This document shows positions 60,483-64,000 of a stretch of 64,000 nucleotides of DNA, piece by piece. This DNA comes from Leptolyngbyaceae cyanobacterium (lineage in GTDB: Bacteria; Cyanobacteriota; Cyanobacteriia; Phormidesmidales; Phormidesmidaceae). A program made the position numbers and the translations under genes. The notes beneath the pieces are model-generated. The model was given only the letters and a program-made list of their open reading frames with translations, was not told the DNA's origin and ran no database searches. The stretch spans positions 1,952,001-2,016,000 of the forward strand of contig CBDHHL010000032.1 of NCBI GenBank assembly GCA_965263355.1. The letters are read 5' to 3'. The stretch's first letter is position 1; each line of letters opens with the position of its first letter.

Positions 60483-63400
60483 TTATACTTCAAGCTGTGA
60501 GGGCAAGCCATAGATCGAGGGAGATGACTTAGCCTGGGGCTGTTTTTGTCGCATTAGAAGATAGATTGCAGGAACAAAATACAGTGCAATCAGGGTGGCA
60601 CCCATTAAACCACCGATGACGGTAATGGCCAGGGGAGGCCAAAAACCACTTGGGTCAAACATAAGCGGTAAAAATCCAATCGCTGTCGTCGCTGTTGTGG
60701 CAATAATATGACGGGTGGAGTGGACAACAACGTTGCACAGTGCATTCATGTTTCCCTGGCGTACTCGCTCATCTTCGTGGATGGCGGAAAGCATCACAAT
60801 AGAATCATTCACCACAATGCCTAGCAGACCAACAGTACCCAGAATGGACATAAATCCAAAGGGATATCCAAACAGCCACAGTGAGAAAAAGCCCAGACCA
60901 ATTGAGAGAAGAGCTACCAGGGCAATGATGCTGGCCAGGCGAAATGACTTAAAGGTTAACACCAGGGTGGAGGCCATGAGTATGAGCAAAACGCCCAGGG
61001 TAGAAACAAGGTTGCTAATGGCTAGACTGCGCTCATTGGCTTCGCCACCCAGTTCATAGGAATATCCAGCCGGTAGTTCAAAATTATTCGCTTTTAACCG
61101 GTTTTGAAAGTTGGATAGTACCGTAGCAGGTAATACCCCAGCTGTAATAAATCCTTGGACGGTATTGACCCGCTGACCATTACGGCGGCTAATTGTGGCC
61201 GTTGTGGGCAAGAGTTGAATCTTGGCCAGGGCCGAGAGTGGTGTGGCATTTCCCACCTCAGGTAGCAAGTTGAGCGATGTAATGTGGTCCAACTGGCGGC
61301 GCTGCCCATCGGCCAGCCGCACGCGCACTGGTAATTCTTCAGTCATTTCTAAGACAGACCCACCTACAACACCGTCTAAATAGGCATTGAGCTGTTGTGC
61401 GATCGCAGTTTTATCAATTCCCGCTAATTGAGCCTGTTCTTCGTCCACCTCCAGGGCTAGCTGAGGTAGCGTATCGGTTAGAATAGAGCGCGTGTGAATC
61501 ACATCGGGGTCCTTAACCAGTTCTGAACGCAGCTGTTCACCCAATTCTCTTAGCTGGTTGAGATCCGGACCATAAACTCGTAACTCAATGGGGGCCGCAA
61601 AGGGAGGGCCTTGTCCCAATTGCCGAACAATACTTTGAGCCGTTGGGAACGCTTCGTCCAATTCTTGTTGAAGGGATTGGATCAAGGGTTGCAGTTTAGC
61701 AGAAGACTTGATCTGAACAATGCCCTGGGCATAGTTGGCAGAGTTTTGTCTCTCGGAAAGGACATTGTAGTAAAACTTAGGAGCACTACGCCCTGCAAAC
61801 CACTCTACATCTATCACATCCGGATGGTTGCGAATCGTATCCCGACTTTGAAGAATAATGTCTTGGGTTTTTGATAGTGACGTCTGGGGAGGCAGTTCAA
61901 ATTCAACGTAGCACTGTTTTCGATCCGACGGAGGGAAAAATTGTTGTTCTAGGGTAGGTAATACAAAAAAGCCACTGATCGGTAGAATTGCGATGAGCCC
62001 GAGACATATTAAAGGACGAGAAAATGCCGTATTTAAGGTTTGACGATAGCCTTGGGTCAAACCAGCAGAGCTGAAGCCAGACTGCCACCAGCGATTGAAC
62101 CGCTGATGCTGTGTTCCCTGTCGATAACAATATTGATGCAGACGCGCTACCAGGGCAGGCACTATCGTCAGAGATAAGCCAAAGGAACTAATGAGCGCTA
62201 AAATTACCGTGAGTCCAATGGTATTAGTAAATTCTCCGGTTGCACCCGTTGAAATTGCAATCGGCAAAAATGCCAAGACAGTGGTTAAGGTAGATGCTAG
62301 TAATGGAACGGATATGTGACGGAAGGTGTCTGTCACTGCTTGACCAGGGGCAAGACGCTGCTGTAGACGATGTTGCATTTCATCGACCACAATAATGGCG
62401 TTATCGATTAACAGCCCCAGGGAGATGATAATACCAGTGACAGATATTTGGTGCAGTGGAATATTGCTTACCTTCATGGCTCCAAATACCGTTAAAACCA
62501 CCAGTGGTAAAGCAATACACATAATCAGGGCTGAGCGCCAACCCATCAGAAATAGGGTAACCAATGTCACTAACAGCACACTCAGGACAAGATTCATCAT
62601 CACTTGATGCAATCGCGCCTGTACATAGTAATTTTGGTCAAAGACCCGTTTGAGAACTACCCCATGCGGTAGCCGTCGTTCATACTTTTTAAGTACCCGT
62701 TCAGCAACTTCTCGCCAAATATCTAGGCGTTGATCAGAATTGACAACAGCCCCGATAACAACGGCTGGTTTCCCTGAAACTATGGCTAACTCTGAAGCTG
62801 GCTGAACGACTGTTTTTGACACATGGGCTAGCGCACCCAGCCGCCGGACCTGGCCATCTACACCAAACTGGATGGGAATGTTGCGAATACGATCTAGGGA
62901 ATCTAGTTCTCCATTGACCTGGAATAACAGCTGATTATCTTGATTGTAAAGTTGTCCAGAAGCAACTTTGGCATCATAGTTCTCAATTTGTTGCGAAAGG
63001 GCTTGAACGGTTATGCCCAATGTTGCTAGCTCGTCAGGACGAATTTCAACGGTAATTTCTTCATCGGGAACACCATAGAGATCAATCTGTTCTGTTCCCT
63101 CAATCAACCGCAGTTGATCCCCCAGTTCAGAGGCTAAACGATGCAGGATATTATAATTTGCCGTAGACTCTAGCTGCCAAGTTAATGCGATGATTAATGC
63201 ATTGGCCTTCGTCTGGGATTTTTCGAATTGCGGCTCCGACGTTCCAGCGGGCAATTGCGTGGTCACATCACCCAGCCGATCTCGAACTTTTGACCAAACG
63301 TTATCCATTTGGGTAACTTGATCATCTAGCTCAAGCGTTAGGCTAGAAAATCCTTGCCGTGAAACCGACTCAATTGTTGTGAGTTCTTCAATTTCAGTGA

Positions 63401-63605
63401 GTTCATCTTCTATGATTTGAGTAACCAAAGCCTCAACTCGTTCAGCATTAGCTCCTGGAAACTCAGTTGTTACCAGGGCATATCGCTGGACAAGATCGGG
63501 ATCTTCTAGCCGAGGTAAGCTAAAAAAAGACGATGTCCCCCAAACAACAATCAGCGTAATAACAATAATTAATAATTGTCGATTACGGTAAAATAAATTA
63601 CTCAT
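60483..63605 (-). CDS. RND efflux permease (AcrB/AcrD/AcrF family)
   Basis: LPRLEDP, SLGLLIDNAIIVVD, GIVVNDSIV; 1040 aa. Confidence 0.92.
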   Translation of the reverse strand: MSNLFYRNRQLLIIVITLIVVWGTSSFFSLPRLEDPDLVQRYALVTTEFPGANAERVEALVTQIIEDELTEIEELTTIESVSRQGFSSLTLELDDQVTQMDNVWSKVRDRLGDVTTQLPAGTSEPQFEKSQTKANALIIALTWQLESTANYNILHRLASELGDQLRLIEGTEQIDLYGVPDEEITVEIRPDELATLGITVQALSQQIENYDAKVASGQLYNQDNQLLFQVNGELDSLDRIRNIPIQFGVDGQVRRLGALAHVSKTVVQPASELAIVSGKPAVVIGAVVNSDQRLDIWREVAERVLKKYERRLPHGVVLKRVFDQNYYVQARLHQVMMNLVLSVLLVTLVTLFLMGWRSALIMCIALPLVVLTVFGAMKVSNIPLHQISVTGIIISLGLLIDNAIIVVDEMQHRLQQRLAPGQAVTDTFRHISVPLLASTLTTVLAFLPIAISTGATGEFTNTIGLTVILALISSFGLSLTIVPALVARLHQYCYRQGTQHQRFNRWWQSGFSSAGLTQGYRQTLNTAFSRPLICLGLIAILPISGFFVLPTLEQQFFPPSDRKQCYVEFELPPQTSLSKTQDIILQSRDTIRNHPDVIDVEWFAGRSAPKFYYNVLSERQNSANYAQGIVQIKSSAKLQPLIQSLQQELDEAFPTAQSIVRQLGQGPPFAAPIELRVYGPDLNQLRELGEQLRSELVKDPDVIHTRSILTDTLPQLALEVDEEQAQLAGIDKTAIAQQLNAYLDGVVGGSVLEMTEELPVRVRLADGQRRQLDHITSLNLLPEVGNATPLSALAKIQLLPTTATISRRNGQRVNTVQGFITAGVLPATVLSNFQNRLKANNFELPAGYSYELGGEANERSLAISNLVSTLGVLLILMASTLVLTFKSFRLASIIALVALLSIGLGFFSLWLFGYPFGFMSILGTVGLLGIVVNDSIVMLSAIHEDERVRQGNMNALCNVVVHSTRHIIATTATTAIGFLPLMFDPSGFWPPLAITVIGGLMGATLIALYFVPAIYLLMRQKQPQAKSSPSIYGLPSQLEV

Positions 63606-64000
63606 AGTACTTCTTGTGCCGCAGTGGTGGTTGGGCGAATGAATTGGCCAGGGGTGATACGATGAATGCCCGAGTGAATAATTTGGTCGCCTGGTTGTAA
63701 TGTTCCTCTGACTAAAACACGATCACTTTGGGTATGTAAAATTTCTAACTCACTCCGCTGGGCAATAAACTGATCGCTGGATTCATCTTTGCCTAGAATA
63801 TAGCAATACCATAACCCCTGGGTCCCCTGAATCAATGCGGTTGTGGGCAACCAATATCCTTCAGTGTCAACAGCTTCAATAAGTTCTAGGTTAACGAGTT
63901 GGCCTGGAAAGATAGCTTCAGGAGACTCAGGCTGTAACTGCAAAATAACAGTAACTGTTCGTGTTTGACTGTCTAACTCAGGCTGTAGTGATGTGATTTG
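63602..64000 (-). CDS. RND membrane-fusion adaptor, 5'-partial
   Basis: PGQLVNLEL..GYWLPTTALIQG..SGIHRITPGQ; ATGA overlap with the RND gene. Confidence 0.85.
   Translation of the reverse strand, partial: QITSLQPELDSQTRTVTVILQLQPESPEAIFPGQLVNLELIEAVDTEGYWLPTTALIQGTQGLWYCYILGKDESSDQFIAQRSELEILHTQSDRVLVRGTLQPGDQIIHSGIHRITPGQFIRPTTTAAQEVL

Noticed and set aside
1..64000. Short antisense or overlapping ORFs in the track; tRNA/rRNA genes
   Set aside because: They overlap well-supported genes and lack motifs; no RNA-gene signatures seen

Overview
Filamentous cyanobacterial DNA (many HIP1 GCGATCGC octamers, hpsE, smtAB, rexT-trxA; Leptolyngbyaceae-like is an inference). (1) 3.58-14.3 kb is an accessory patchwork that truncates a mechanosensitive-channel gene. 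It holds a tandem array of three Rpn (PD-(D/E)XK) nuclease genes with a 1116-bp period, structured spacers and out-of-frame C-terminal tails. It also holds a deletion-shattered DISARM-like SNF2 helicase/methyltransferase pair with an intact FitAB/VapBC toxin-antitoxin inside it, a plasmid-type gene, smtA/smtB with both operators, and an IS630 element. (2) 14.5-18.6 kb has a small membrane ORF, a YHS lipoprotein and a WD40 protein split by a 41-bp templated insertion. (3) 18.8-50 kb is a signalling supercluster: hpsE, a complete Wsp-type chemosensory operon ending in a REC-histidine kinase rather than WspR, FIST/GAF/Cache kinases, an orphan periplasmic binding protein with REC-GGDEF-EAL, and SDR/AraC genes. 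Many of these units share a SigF/SigJ-like upstream motif. (4) 50-64 kb is mostly housekeeping: Crp, trxA/rexT, glycerate kinase, CrtL-type cyclase, a transketolase-like enzyme and RND efflux. No rRNA, tRNA or CRISPR array was found. All homology calls come from motif recognition, not database searches.
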